Part shown: piece by piece, positions 1 through 13,500 of the stretch
Layout: each line of letters starts with the position of its first letter
Numbering within the stretch: position 1 is the stretch's first letter
From: Octopus sinensis
Taxonomy: Eukaryota
Direction of reading: 5' to 3'
NCBI RefSeq assembly: GCF_006345805.1
Contig: NW_021833032.1
Coordinates: 62,001-126,000, forward strand
DNA: 64,000 nt
Notes under the pieces: model-generated
What the model saw: the letters and a program-made list of their open reading frames with translations, nothing else
The model's database searches: none
What the model was told of the DNA's origin: nothing
Position numbers and translations under genes: made by a program

Positions 1-454
1 TTTTCTATAATTCCTATATTTATAGTTTGTAATAGTATTATGTATAAGTTAGCATGAAGTTTTATAATATATATCACATAATTAGAATAATATTAAACTT
101 AGATGCTTATTAAATATATACATACATAACTAATTTAATGGATATAGATTAAATTATAGTAATTTAACTTAACGTAATGTATATTATGTGCTTTAAATAT
201 TTTGCTTTAAATACTTGGACTTTAATTTTCCAGCAATGATATACTACAGTTTATCTTCTCTAAGCTAAAACATATTTTCATAGATAAAATACATATTTCT
301 ATCTATTTATTCTATTGTTATTTACACCACGTTTTTAGCGGAATAAATTTATTATAAGCACTAAGTTCTACGTATTAAGTTTAAAATTTTAGTTAACAGA
401 ATTTATTGAATAAGATAAGTCATTTTTATTTTAAGAAATAGTGTTGAATTTTGC

Positions 455-815
455 TCGACACCAATGCTAGAACGGGACAACACTGCATAGTGCCAAAGAT
501 CCCAGCAATGCCATCACGCTTCAGGACCAGCTTCTGCAACAGCCTGGGTTTCAGGGGCCCACAGCTTTTTAATATTCTCCCAAAGAGTCTGAGGAACTTG
601 CACTAAGTAGATGTAGCAGTTTTTAAATCAAAGCTGGACATCTTCCTGTCGAGAGTCCCAGATGAACCTACCTCACGGCAAGAGGTGCAAATGAGAGTCG
701 CTGTATCAAACTCCATTCTTCACCAAATGCCACATATTAGAGGAGGTTCTTCGTAATAACAGTGTAGCACAAAACGGTGGTGCATCAGCATGGCCGCAGC
801 TCTAAGCTGAAACAA
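455..815 (+). mobile_element. CR1-type LINE 3' fragment (ORF2 C-terminus, decayed)
   Basis: Translates to RTGQHCIVPKIP...NSLGFRGPQLFNILPKSLRNLH*...FKSKLDIFLSRVPDEP, the same C-terminal pattern as the element at 1050-1960; has an internal stop. Confidence 0.75.
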
Positions 816-906
816 GCAAAAAGAAAATACATACGTAAAAATATATATGCAAATATATATTCTTATATATAAATATATATTTACACATACATATATATAT
901 ATATAA

Positions 907-958
<52 letters not shown>

Positions 959-984
959 GGATATATGCATGTATATATATATAT

Positions 985-1021
<37 letters not shown>

Positions 1022-1049
1022 CATGTCTATATGCTTATATATATATATA

Positions 1050-1960
1050 TGCTGTGAGTCAATGGGCAGACAAATACAAAATGCAACAGAACGAGGGAAA
1101 ATTTGAGCTGATGCATTTTGGGAGAAAGTCCACACGAAAACAGCCATATTCTCTTCCTTCAGGGGAACCGCTCACAGCCTCTAACAATATCAGAGACCTG
1201 GGTGTAATTGTTGATGACGAGCTCAGTTGGAGTGCACACATCAACAATAATGTCGATATAGCTCGTAGGATGAGTTCCTGGATCTTAAGAATCTTCCGGT
1301 CCAGGGAACAAGGTGTAATCATACGACTGTTCTCCTCCTTTGTACGGCCACACCTCGAATACTGCTGCCTACTGTGGTCTCCTCATACAAGACAAAGCAT
1401 CTCGAGGATTGAATCACCCCAGAGGGCACTCACTAAAAGAACTGAAGGCATGACTGCTCTCGGTTATTGGGATTGCCTTAAAGCCTTGAAACTCTACTCT
1501 CTGCAGCGTCGCCGCGAGCGGTACATCATTTGTACGATGTGGATAATATACCACCAACTTTGCCCAAACGACCTGAACATAAGTTTCAAGGTTTATCCAA
1601 GGCTGGGATCACGGGCCATACGTCCCCTGCCCAATTTAGGATCACAGCATATAGGTACACTGCAACATATTTTCTTTTCCTTATCAGGCCCTACCCTGTT
1701 TAACATTGTCCCGAAAGAGATCAAAGAAGAAAAGGATCTCATCAACTTTAAACGGAGTCTGGATAGATTTCTTCAAGGAATACCGGATAAGCCACCAATA
1801 ATAGGATACAACTCACCCAACAAGAACTCACTACTTGAATGGACCATAAACAAAACTTGACTTAAACAGGATTTAGATAATCCTATCAGGTGGTGCAATT
1901 CAATTAGACATGGCCTGGACCAATCTTTTATCGAAACATATCTAATTTTTATCTAAGTTT
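1050..1960 (+). mobile_element. 5'-truncated CR1-type LINE (RT C-terminal region plus 3' UTR)
   Basis: ORF 991-1860 contains RDLGVIVDDELSW, FVRPHLEYCCLLWSP and [13 protein letters not shown]; ends in an ATCTAAGTTT-type tail; microsatellite on both sides. The ORF N-terminus is a (GT)/(TA) artefact. Confidence 0.9.
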
Positions 1961-1974
1961 TATATATATACATA

Positions 1975-2305
1975 CCGTATTTGATGTCCTATAAGGCGCA
2001 TTTGTTTACCAAAAAATAGCTTAAAAATCGCTTTGCATCCAATGCATATAATATAGGCTCAAAACGGTAAGCATATTTACAAAACTTGTGCTGCCATCTA
2101 TTGCTGGACAATCACCTACGATATATTTGTTTCGAATGTGGATGCAATAAATTGCTACAATTTACCGATAATAACATAAAGATATACAGGTAAGTAGAAT
2201 GGAGGTATTAAATCATTATTTTAGCTTTAAATTATTTTACAAGAGTATACCCAAACCTTGTATACATCCTATGCACTTGTGCGTCTTATTGACCATCAAA
2301 AACGG
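1975..2305. mobile_element. Non-autonomous Tc1/mariner/pogo-type MITE
   Basis: 26-bp imperfect TIRs (CCGTATTTGATGTCCTATAAGGCGCA vs reverse complement CCGTTTTTGATGGTCAATAAGACGCA, 21/26) with TA on both sides. Confidence 0.7.
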
Positions 2306-2507
2306 TATCAATTATACATATAAACATATATATATAATATGCATATGTACATAAGTAGACACATATATATATGTATACATACATATTTTATATACATATA
2401 AATATCTATATATATACATATATATATAGACATCGATTCATATATACGTACATAGATATATACACATAAATCTATATATCTGTACATACATATAAATGTA
2501 TATATGC

Positions 2508-2540
<33 letters not shown>

Positions 2541-2914
2541 TATATATATGCATGTATGTATGCATGTATATCCGTAAGTAATATCATAATTTCAGTATGT
2601 ATATTTTATATACATCCTGAAAGCATTATTAATGAAACTATTCAATCTGAGAGTATTTTCTCACATAGAATATAGATGATATTGTTTCAATTTTGACGCG
2701 TAATACTTAAAGAGTGTAAGAGATAGGAGACTGCTCTGGGTTCGTATTAGCCAAGTAGTTGAAAATGTTTTTTGCCCCTGGCACTGCATGAACCCTATGT
2801 AATTCATGTGTAACATTTAAATGAAATCATTTGAGTAGTTCTTTTGTCTTAGTGATGCACACATACAGACAGATAGATGGACACACTTTCTCAGTATATA
2901 TATATATATATATA

Positions 2915-2981
<67 letters not shown>

Positions 2982-2994
2982 TATATGTTTGTGT

Positions 2995-3200
2995 GTCTGT
3001 ATGTGCCCCACCCACGCTAGACAATCGGTTTGGTGTGTTTAGGTCCCTGTAACTTAGCGGTTCGGCAAAGTATAACGATAGAATAAGTACTAGGCCTCCA
3101 AATAATAAGTCCTGTGGTCGATTTGTTCGACTAAAGACGGTGCTCCAGCATGGTCGCATTCAAATGACTGAAACAAGTTAAAGAATAGAAGAATAGAAAA
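2995..3200 (+). mobile_element. SINE 3' part (Octopus-type family)
   Basis: Homologous to 47220-47425 (GTAACTTAGCGGTTCGGCAAA...AGAATAAGTACTAGGC...TTGTTCGACTAAAG...CTGAAACAAG) with an AAGAAT-type tail. Confidence 0.75.
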
Positions 3201-3204
3201 TAAA

Positions 3205-3700
3205 CTAGTTAGGCCCATGGGAGAGGAGAGGGATAGCAAAGAACGTGCTAGCAGTGATAATAGATCTCGACCATTTCTTCGACGTGAAACAGGAAGGTTA
3301 CATTATTTGAGCTACTATGCGTTCTCTGAAACATGCAAGCTCATATATTGTAAGGTGGGCTCGTGTGGTTGAGGCACAGCATACCATTGTAGCAAGAATG
3401 CAGTTAGTAGCAGACCACAGCGATCATGTGCTCTCCTATTCCAAGAAATGAGCGCCACATTTCAGTCGCACTTCGTCAAACTGGTTTCGCAACTGTGGAC
3501 TTTAAGGGCTACTTCGATGGTTTGACGCGACTATCGGTCAGGGAGACTGAGTGTTGTGAGAAACTAATTTCAGCAGATGAAGTGGCAGATGTAGTGATCC
3601 GCTGTGAAGGGCGTAAATCACTGGGATTGAATAATCAGCATTCTGTGTTATATTTCTGTATGGTAAACGTAATGTAAGTGAATCGAGAATAGATCTGGTT
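3205..3700 (+). mobile_element. Decayed Tx1/L1-clade LINE fragment (EN-RT linker)
   Basis: DFKGYFDGLTRLSVRETECCEKLISADEV...RKSLGL resembles the E-x-I-T-x-x-E...KSPG region also seen at 16750-16850 (-) and 60330-60460 (+). Confidence 0.5.
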
Positions 3701-4050
3701 TTGGCAATTTCAATCAGCCTAAAGCATTTGACAGGGTAAGTCCTCGCTACCTGTCTGATCGTTCCCGTCTTCAGAAGCTGGGTCACCACAATGCCCAGCG
3801 GCATCTCCTCGCTGGTCAGATTCAACGTATCAGACACTTTCAGTATTAAACTTGCCTCCCCGAAGATGCTCCGTCTTCTCGTTCTTATATGTTTCGGCGT
3901 TAGATCCTGTGTTGCGAAGGCTTAGTTTGTGAGAGTCCAGTGCAAAAGAGTGTTGGGCTGAAACAAATAAAAACTACAAAAGAAATGCTTAAATCCAAAT
4001 CTTTATGATGACGATGATGATGATGATAATAATAAATAATAATAATAATA

Positions 4051-4121
<71 letters not shown>

Positions 4122-4134
4122 TTTGCCCCATAAA

Positions 4135-4775
4135 AAAACAGGTGGGAACACAAACCACCTCCAGTGCTTGAAAATGGCCACATCTCACTCCTCTGGAACT
4201 TCACCATTCAAACTGACAGAAAGATAGATGCAAATAGGCCAGACATCATATTGAAAGACTTCAGACAAAGAACATGCCTCCTCATTGATATGACTGTCCC
4301 AATCGATATTAACGTATCTGTCAAGACCTACCAAAAACTGAGCAAATATAAAGATCTTGAAATAGAAATCAGCAAAATGTGGAACCTGAAGACTAAAACA
4401 ATACCTGTTGTCATAGTGCCCTGGGAATGATAGCGAAAGGGGATGATTGCTACCTAACTCAGATACCAGGAAACCCCAAAGTGGCAGAAATTCAAAAGAT
4501 AGTGCTCATGGGAACTGCTCATATCCTACGCAAAATACTTTCTATGTAATCTCAAGGTTTAAAACAAACAATTTTTATTTTATTTCTTTTCTTTTTTTTT
4601 ATTTTCTTTTTTTATTTATTTATTAGACATTCACTAGTACAACACCAAGAAAAAACCCAAATATATGGCACACTAGGCACAACAACAACGTAAAGTTCCA
4701 ACCTGTTGTCTCTTGAGGTCTCTGGGTGAGACTTGGAGCCAACTTGTACAAATATAAAGCAAAAGTCAAACATAT
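4135..4775 (+). mobile_element. R4/Dong-type LINE 3' end with restriction-like endonuclease
   Basis: WNFTIQTDRKIDANRPDIILKD...LLIDMTVP...KLSKYKDLEIEISKMW (RPD...D...K-x-x-KY RLE motif); bounded by (TAA)n arrays. Confidence 0.85.
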
Positions 4776-5647
4776 AATAATAATAATAATGATGATGATG
4801 ATGATGATGATAATAATAATAATGATAGTCATCTAGTATTGATGTATCAATTCCAGCAGCTGACAACGTGTCTCTAAAAGAAATGGAGAAACTTTCAAAA
4901 TACAAAGACCTGGAAATAGAGGTAACTAGAATGTGGAATCTAATAACAGAAACCAGCTCACCTTATGTGTGTATGTGTCTATGTATAGACATATGTATAT
5001 AATGAGATATTCTCTTCTCCATTCCCCCTCTCTCTCACTCTTCCTCCTTGACTCTCTCCTTGCTCACACGTGACCAACGGATATTCCCTCTTTCTTCCAC
5101 TTCCTTCCTAAAGACAAGACGTGCTTTTATCTGTCTCATCTCAAAGCTCGTTTTTCCAAGCGTTCACCTCTTCACGTCGTCTTGGCTTAACAACCCCAAC
5201 CGTTTGTTTTTACTGTTTTGTTCTCACTATCCTCTTTTTGTTACCACTTTCCCACCCTCCGAAAAAACAATCCCAAATTTATTTAATTTGCTTTTTCGAG
5301 AAGGATTGTTTTAACGGAGTCGCGTCTTGACTTTTCCTTCGAAACGCGGAGTAGATAAAACAGGGGACAACTGATGAAGAGAATATGCTTATGCTGCATG
5401 TCTCCTTTCTCTGTTGGCTTGTTTTTTTCGTTGTTCGAAAAAAGTTCGTTTTCTGTGTTTTTGTTTTTATATTCTCGTTTCTCATTCTATCCACGTTTTT
5501 TGATGTCCTGTACCCATATATGCATGTATATATACATATATATGTAGGTATGTACATATATGTATATATGCATATATTTATATATTATTTATATTATTAT
5601 ATAAATATACATATATATATATAGATACATATCTATATATATATATG

Positions 5648-5695
<48 letters not shown>

Positions 5696-5710
5696 TTATG
5701 TATATATATT

Positions 5711-5763
<53 letters not shown>

Positions 5764-5779
5764 GTATATATATTATTAC

Positions 5780-5984
5780 TATTTCAAATTTTTGCCACAA
5801 TAGCAGCTTCGGTGAAGTGGAGATGAGTCGATTATGTCGACTCCAGTGTTCAATCGGTACTTACCTTAATCGATCCCGAAATGATGAAAGGGAAACACGA
5901 CCTCGGCGGAAATTGATCTCGGAAAGTAGAGACGGACGAAATACTACTGAGCATTTCGACGGGCATGGTTCTGCCAGCTCGCCG

Positions 5985-5987
<3 letters not shown>
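5780..5987 (-). mobile_element. tRNA-derived SINE (second Octopus-type family)
   Basis: Minus strand begins GGCGAGCTGGCAGAA...; homologous to 46755-46955 (+). Confidence 0.65.
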
Positions 5988-6059
<72 letters not shown>

Positions 6060-6061
<2 letters not shown>

Positions 6062-6608
6062 GCAGTACCAGGCAGTGGCTCTCATGGCTTCTGATCTTAA
6101 CTGATTGGAAGTGTTATCATGTACATTGTTTTGTCTTGGTATAAAAGATGGGCTACAGCAAATATTCTGCTCAATACCACAGATTTGCTTGTCAGTTGTT
6201 TGACCTTAACCAGTTGAGCATGTCCCTTAGTGGCTGACAATATGTGCATCTCTGATCATGAGCAGAAGTAGTGGGGGAGCATCATAGCCATGTGTTGAGA
6301 GGGATTCTTTGGGGTTTGAATAATTCACCTCTGGAAACATGGGTGGTTCTTTCAACATCTTTAAAGAACCCTTATTCAGGGACCTTTTGAGCGGGATGGG
6401 CTACTCAACCTGAAGAAAATTCTAACTGGGCCCCACCTGCAAGGTCATGTGCTGTTTATCTTGATATGAGATCACCATGTCGCGCACATATGGTTGTGAT
6501 GCATGTGCCTGGTGTATCCTTATCAGACGGGCAGTCATGATGGGTATATTGGGCTTCGTATATTTTACCCCAGTGTCACTTTGATGGCATGAACTGCTCT
6601 CTCACTCA
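6060..6608 (-). mobile_element. TAA-embedded repeat, probable 5' end of an R4/Dong LINE
   Basis: Unique-looking ~550 bp precisely bracketed by (TAA)n arrays; family assignment is from recall only. Confidence 0.45.
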
Positions 6609-6610
6609 AA

Positions 6611-6691
<81 letters not shown>

Positions 6692-6782
6692 TAATAATAA
6701 TAACAACAACAACAACAACAACAATAATAACAATAATAACAAAAACAATAAAAATAATAACAATAATAACAATAATAATAAC

Positions 6783-6820
<38 letters not shown>

Positions 6821-6884
6821 TAATAATAACAATAACAACAACAACAACAAAAACAACGACGACAACAACAACAACAACAACAAC

Positions 6885-6935
<51 letters not shown>

Positions 6936-6948
6936 TATTATTATTATT
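6609..6948. repeat. (TAA)n/(CAA)n compound microsatellite
   Basis: Direct reading. Confidence 0.95.
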
Positions 6949-6949
6949 T

Positions 6950-8960
6950 CAAAACATTTTGTTCTCATATCACCACTATGATGGATATTAAGTAAGTTTA
7001 TTTTTGGATAACAAAGCCACCACCTATTACTTCTGCCATCCAAGAATCTTCGTATGATCTTTGCCGTTCCAAACAAGCAGACCAGTTCCATGTATTCTAT
7101 GTGCTTCTGCAAGCCAATCTTTTGTGTCCACTCCTTGTACCTCTTCCCTTTTTCTTAAGGTTCCAATAACAATTGGTAAGACCTCATTCTTTGTGCAACC
7201 CCACAACCTGCTTATCAGTCTCTTCAGGCTGTGATATATATATATATCTACCTAATTGGTTTATTTTTCTTATTTTCTCTTACCAAATGCGTAAGCATTT
7301 ACGTTGGAAGTACGTTCCCTCTTATCAAACACCAGGATATATCTGGTCTGTTTTGCATTATGACATGACCCGTTTGGGTGAGAAAGTTCCAGATAAGTTT
7401 AACCTCGTAATTCTAAGTTAATTTTTCAGATACATGTTCATATCACTTTACGTCCTGATGGAAGTCCATACTTTTTACCCATTTCCCAGTGGATGATCTT
7501 CATGTCTCCAACATTTGTACCGTTTCCGTGCGAGTTTGGAACATTTACTTACTATGTGGATCACTGTGTCTTCTCCTTTATCATAAAACCTGCGCAACAG
7601 AGACACATTAACTCCTGTCCTGCATTTGTACTATTCGTCCAGAAAGATTGATCCTGATGTGTCATGAATCCCTCTGTCGCTTTATTGAGAATTCCCGTCT
7701 TCAACCAGTTCCACGCGTCTTCTGCCTCAGTATTCTTTATAAACTGGGTGTGTAAATGTTTTTCCACATCATTTTGCTTTCTCGTTTCAGTTACTTCAAC
7801 TTTCCTTTGATCTACTTTTAATATCTTTGCATTGCTTACTGCTGCTACCATTTCTTCAGTGCTTTCGTTAATATACTGATTGAGATATTTCATTCCCATA
7901 TTTCTCCACTCGGACCAGTCCTCTTCCCCCATTTTTGAATTTCATGTACAGTCTGTCCACAGGTGCACTTTTTATGCAAAGCCTTCTATATCGTCATTAT
8001 TATCCGAGTTTTTCGATCTGATCAATATCTTGTAGTTCCTCTTTGTTCCAACTCACAGGACCTGCCACATATCTCACAATTGATACAGCCCTTGAATTCA
8101 TCACTTTTACAATTTTTCTAGAATTTAACTTAAATTTCAGTATCAACCTGATCTTCCAGTACTCCTTCGAAATGGTTTCTTTCATTTCGCTTCTGTTGTT
8201 GATATCTGACTCCAAAATTCCCACATACCTTTATCGCTGACTTCGCTTAAACTTTGACTGATTATTCGACTTTAAGTATTTGATTCCATTTTATCTCACC
8301 ACCTCTTCTATATCAAATAATACATTTATGCATACCAAATTCCATGCGTATGTTATTAACGAAAATGCTTACTGTATTCACAAATGTGCCAAGTCCATCT
8401 TCATTTTTCCTATAAAGCTTTTAATCGTCCATGTATTGTAGGTGGTTAACCTCTTCCACTCCATTTCCAAAATTATATCCAACTTTACCATTTCGCAAAA
8501 TCATCGACGACAGATGTATTAATATCAGCACAAACAAGAGTAGTGAGCGATTATATCCATGAAATATCCCTCTTCTGATGTTCCCTGCATCAAATGACTT
8601 ACCTGCAGATGTTAACTCCGGTTTCCAGGCTGTCATATTTCTTTTTAACAGTCTTTGTACACTTACTGCCACTCCAAGTAACCCCATATATTTCCCTATC
8701 CAACTGTGAGACACAATATCATAGGTTGTTTGTAATCTAGGCAGGCTATTCCTAGTCCCGTTAATCTTCTTCTGCAGTTCCTTAATATCATATTGACCAT
8801 CAAAACCCAGGTTATCCCACTTGACCTACATTTACATCCCTTTTTGTCATCTGATAAAAATCTTTCATAATCTAAAAATGTCTATAGTTCCCACATGATT
8901 GGTAAATATGTTATTTGTCGATAGTCTGACACTTCATTATCTTTTGAGGCATCCCTCAAG
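6950..8960 (-). mobile_element. Decayed R4/Dong-type LINE (RT plus RLE)
   Basis: Minus-strand RRGIFHG...SLLLFVL, EVNHLQYMDD (YMDD), WNWLKTGIL..ATEGFM..QDQ and C-terminal LFGTAKIIRRFL; many stops and frameshifts; 3' end abuts the TAA/TTA array. Confidence 0.85.
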
Positions 8961-9084
8961 ACAAAAAAGGTTTTCCCATGTGTCAATCACAGTGGAACAT
9001 AACCAACTCAATCGTTACAGTGATGCCAGCCGTTGGTGGTCCTTTCTTCATTATCATGCTCGGACACTCAACAAATGCGTGTTC

Positions 9085-9315
9085 AACTAGTTGAGGGCTG
9101 TGTACATCTGACGACACTTTAGGTGCCAGGCAGAGAATTTAGGGCTTTCCTCCCCCCAGGACTGCAACCCTGCCAAGGAAACGAACTGTGGGAAAACGTG
9201 CCTCACAAACGGTGATGACACACGTTCTCCGTCAAGAAATCGTTGCAGGTGTCGCAACCTCAACGCGTGCCTGAGCACCAACAGCCAGAGCATGCCTAGG
9301 CCGACACGCAGAGGG
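9085..9315 (-). mobile_element. Tx1/L1-clade LINE fragment
   Basis: GMLWLLVLRHALRLRHLQRFLD matches [25 protein letters not shown] at ~15870-15950 (-). Confidence 0.6.
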
Positions 9316-9626
9316 GAATCCAGTCGATACCTGTCAGACTGCTGGAAATTTCTAAGGTTTTCGTGACTTCACACCCCTCTTGAAATGTGCTGGCTTTACA
9401 CAGTCCTTCCGTCCGTCAAATTCTATTGACGTCTAAAGAAATATGTCTTTCCATCCCCTGTCAGGGTATAAACAGTCACTATTCTGAAGGCGCTAATTCC
9501 GTTGTTATTCACGTCCAGTACCACTACGACAACCACGACGACGACCACCACCATCATCACCACCATCACCACAACCAAGGAATCAGTGTTAGATGATGAG
9601 GTTTGGTCGAAAAAAAAATTAGTGCA

Positions 9627-9880
9627 TTGTTGTTGGTTTGGAGAGCAGGCAAAATTGGGAAGAGCTTGCTCTTCCGAGGAATCAGAGAGCAAACATTTCC
9701 AGTGCCGATGTTGAGGTGTTGGGGTCCTCAGCTGTTCGTGGCGTCGTTGTTGTTGGTTTGGGTAGCAGGCAATTTGGGAAGAGCTTGCTCTTCCGTGGAA
9801 GCACTGAGCAAACATTTCTGGCGCCGATGTTGTGGCGTAGGGGCCCTCAACTGTTCATGGCGTCGTTGTGGTTGTGGTGT
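9627..9880. repeat. Tandem duplication of a ~120-bp unit, each copy with an 18-bp hairpin
   Basis: Units start at ~9627 and ~9747; GGAAGAGC-TT-GCTCTTCC at 9658-9675 and 9777-9794. Confidence 0.85.
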
Positions 9881-10025
9881 TATCAACAGATAGGGAGTTA
9901 TTAGGTGTTGCATCTCCACAAAATATCTCCATGGAATCTGAAGCGAGACGAAATGTTGATGGAAAGGAAAACAAAGAAAACCGAAAGAACATCAAACACA
10001 TGCACATGCACTCACACACATATAA

Positions 10026-10067
<42 letters not shown>

Positions 10068-10366
10068 GTGTGTGTGTGTGTGTATTTGTGTGTGCATGTG
10101 TATGCAGGGGCGATTGATGTTCAGTTTATCTTCGACGTTATCACTTATTAAAGCTATAATCTATTATGTTCACCACATTGAATTATCATTGAATTCAGTT
10201 TCGTAAGTGTAAATATTAAACTGAAAGTGCAATCAAAGATAAAGTCATCTCATGGAACAGGGGCCAAAGCTTGTCCTACGAAGAATTTGCAATGGGAAAG
10301 AACTTGCATTGAAGTTTCTGGTATTTTATATTTTCTTCTTTTACAGATTAATCAACGCCTGAAAAT

Positions 10367-10548
10367 ATGTTCCAACAATTGAAATTGAATTTTGTGTTGA
10401 TAATCTCTATGAGTTTCTGTTTGGAGTCTCATGCTGCATCAGACATGTGCAGCATTTGCTTCTGTGACGGTTCTCAGACAAATATAGATTGTTCATTTCG
10501 GCGACTGACTTCGATCCCGCAACCCATTCCACCAAATGTTGAATATTT
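10367..10548 (+). CDS. Coding exon 1: signal peptide, LRRNT cap and start of first LRR
   Basis: [60 protein letters not shown](L); acceptor tttacag at 10346 implies an upstream UTR exon; donor TT|gtaagt. Confidence 0.92.
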
Positions 10549-13500
10549 GTAAGTATTAGACCCATTCTACATAGTTTCCACATTCAATGCTTTAAATTCC
10601 CGTTGGTAATGTTCTTAACTAATACATTATGTTTTTGATCTCAGCTTTAAAACGTGATCTTATGTTGGAGTAAAAAAGGCAAATATGTTAACTGCTGTAA
10701 AGTCAGATAGACTGGTCCATTGTACATGCTGACTGAAATGGAATCTATAATTTACAATATCTGAACTTTGATGATGCTAGTTTATTACATCAAAACTCAT
10801 TATGGCAATATTCAGGGAACGGCGAGTAGGAAAACTGTTAGCATAACGTGTTGCATGTATTGTTGTTATGAAGGAGAGTATAAAATGGAAGAAATATTCT
10901 GATAAATATAATTCTAAATGGTACTAATCGAAATACTGTTCTCTAGTTCTACAGTAGCAAACCAATAATGGATCTGTAAGTCATTCTAATGAGAAATAAT
11001 GTTCGTGGATCGTGCGGCTGATTTAAAGCATGTTAAACGTTCTTTTCTACGCTTTTACTGAGAGGCGGACAATTCAAATTAGTGATGGAACGCGTGGCAG
11101 AGGTCAGCCGGCGATGAGAGTTGTTTGAGTTAGTCATCTTTGACCACAGTACGATAGAGGAAGTTTTGTGTTTTCAAGACTTCCTGTTGATATTATTGTT
11201 GAATTTATTATTGTTGAAGCGACCTACGCGTATTTGGTATTTGCTAGTATTATTGTTTTTTGCTCTTTTTCTCTCCATTGTGGGTGAGAAAACAAAACTT
11301 AGCTTTTCCAGCATAGAAAGCTATGCAAAGATGGCTGCGGCGAAAAGAGCTATTCTGTTAGAAGCAAGGCAAATAAAAGGTGACAAGGAACACATTTTGA
11401 AAAGTGAACAACTTGTGCAGAAGGAAGGAGACACTATCAAGCTGGGCCCTCCGCAGGAGAAAGTGAAAGATAAGAGTGACAGGACGGTAGAGTATCGCAT
11501 AGAAGCGGTCGTCACCAGCAAGATAGAAAAATTGTCAGAGGAAGATATTGAGGAGTGACAAGGAAACATAACGAACAAGGCTACTTCTTTTATTAGCAGA
11601 GGAAGAAGATACGGCACGGTGGAGACGAAGTTTGCTACCAAAGAAGAGGCGGCCTCTCATTCCACCACCATTCTTAGGTCGAGCAATGTAGCACTGTTAC
11701 CCGCGTATAGGGAAAGGCGCAGTGTTCGAGTCAGAGTAGAGTGAGTGCCACCCGAAATCAAAACAGAGTGGTTGGTGGAAACTATTCTGGCTGCCACTGA
11801 AGACAATCCGGAACTGGGACCGATAGGAGAGAGAAAAATGTTAAACTGGTGGGGATTCGGGGTCAGGATGTAATTTTGTGCCACATTTGAAGATATGGAG
11901 CTAATCCCATGAGGGCGAAGCTATCCAGAGAGGAGTTTGACGGAGATGATAGAGGAACTGTGGTGCAAGACGAAAGGTTTGATAGATTTGTGGATACATT
12001 CGGTGGATCGGTAAGTATGGTGGATAGGATATAGTTGCGTGATGCTCCGCCATCTGCAGGGAGTATTAAGAACTAACAAGAATGGCGATATGAATAGTAT
12101 AGAAAAAAAAGATGACGGGAATGTGAACTTTTTGGTCAAAAAATTGGGGAAAAACCGTAAAAAAATTATGTATAAATGTAATCACTCGACTTCAAGTTCG
12201 AGTGGTCATTGCGCTCCATTTTTATCATTCTTTCATAATTTCATTCGTTTCTTTTCTTTTTCTTCTTTACTCAATTTCTTTTTAGTAATTTTTAGTTCCC
12301 CGAGTTTGTTTTGTATTGTCTTTTTGTATTGTAAGGCACTTTTATGTAGCCTTTATGGGTAATAAAAAATGAGGTCAGTTGGTGATGAAAGTTGCTTGAG
12401 TTAGTCAATTGTGACCACGGTGTGATTGAGAAAGGTTGACTTTTTTGAGACTGTTGAGTATATTGTTATTTTTACTGTTAAAATTTGTTGTTGAAGCGCT
12501 CGTGCGTGATTTTGTTTGGTGTTGTTGTTTTTAGCTATTTTCTCTCTATTTTGGGTGTGAAAATATTAGCTTTTCATCATGGAAAACTATGCGAAAACCA
12601 CTTCAGTGGAAGCAGCTGCGCCGCTGGAAGCAAAGAAGATGAAAATTAAGATGGACAATATTATAAGTAGCGAAAAGTTTGTGCAGAGAGAGACGAAGAC
12701 ACAATCAAGCTGGTCCCTCCGGAAGAAAGAGTATAGGACGAGAAGAGTAATAGGACGGTGGTGCACTGCAGACAAGCGGTTGCAACCAACAAAATAGCAA
12801 TATTAACGGAAGACGATATTGAAGAAGGTTTGGCAGCCATTATGAAAACAAGCGACATTTGTGATCAGAGGAAAGAAGTACAGCAGGGTGGAAGTGAGTT
12901 TTGCACACCAAAGAAAAGGTGGCCTCACATTTTACCACTATTCTGTAGTCGGACAAGTTGGCGCTGCTGCCCACGTATAGGGAGTAATTGACTTTGAATT
13001 TTTACCACCTAATGCAACAATCAATGCTCAATTCTACTGTCAGCAATTATGTTCAAGTCAGAACCATTCATTCGAGCTCTTCTTGCAACATTTATACCCC
13101 GCCCAAAAAAAACTGCTTACTGTTTTGGCTGAAGGGAGGGTGAGTGGTTTTCTCACTCCTCAGGCTGGTTGTGGCTTCTTTCACGGTCAGAATTATGTGA
13201 AGAGTTTTACTTATAGTTTTCTGAAATTTGCCCACCGCATTGGGATACCTTTCTTGTATGTCAATGAACGTGTTATTTGAAACGCTGAGGATCTGTATGT
13301 GTAATGGTTCTTTGGGTGGTGCACAAAGAACATTTCTTGCGGTAATGTCGCTGTGTTCTTGTATGTGTATTTTTTGTGTTTATTTCAGTAAGGTTCATTG
13401 TGCTTTCTAATGTTAGTTTCTGTTCTGTGTGTGATGCTGGGAGTGGTATTGGTGGTGTTGGTAATGTAGGTGTTATGGTTAGAGGTTGTGTGATAGTGTC

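Noticed and set aside
5360-5480. CTGATGA with possible stem (GAGAATAT/ATATTCTC) as a hammerhead
   Set aside because: No GAAA or cleavage triplet after the stem. Likewise the minus-strand CTGATGA at ~43420 lacks the GAAA half.
9627-9880. CRISPR-like array
   Set aside because: Only two units, the intervening sequences are homologous, the context is eukaryotic, and no cas genes are present.
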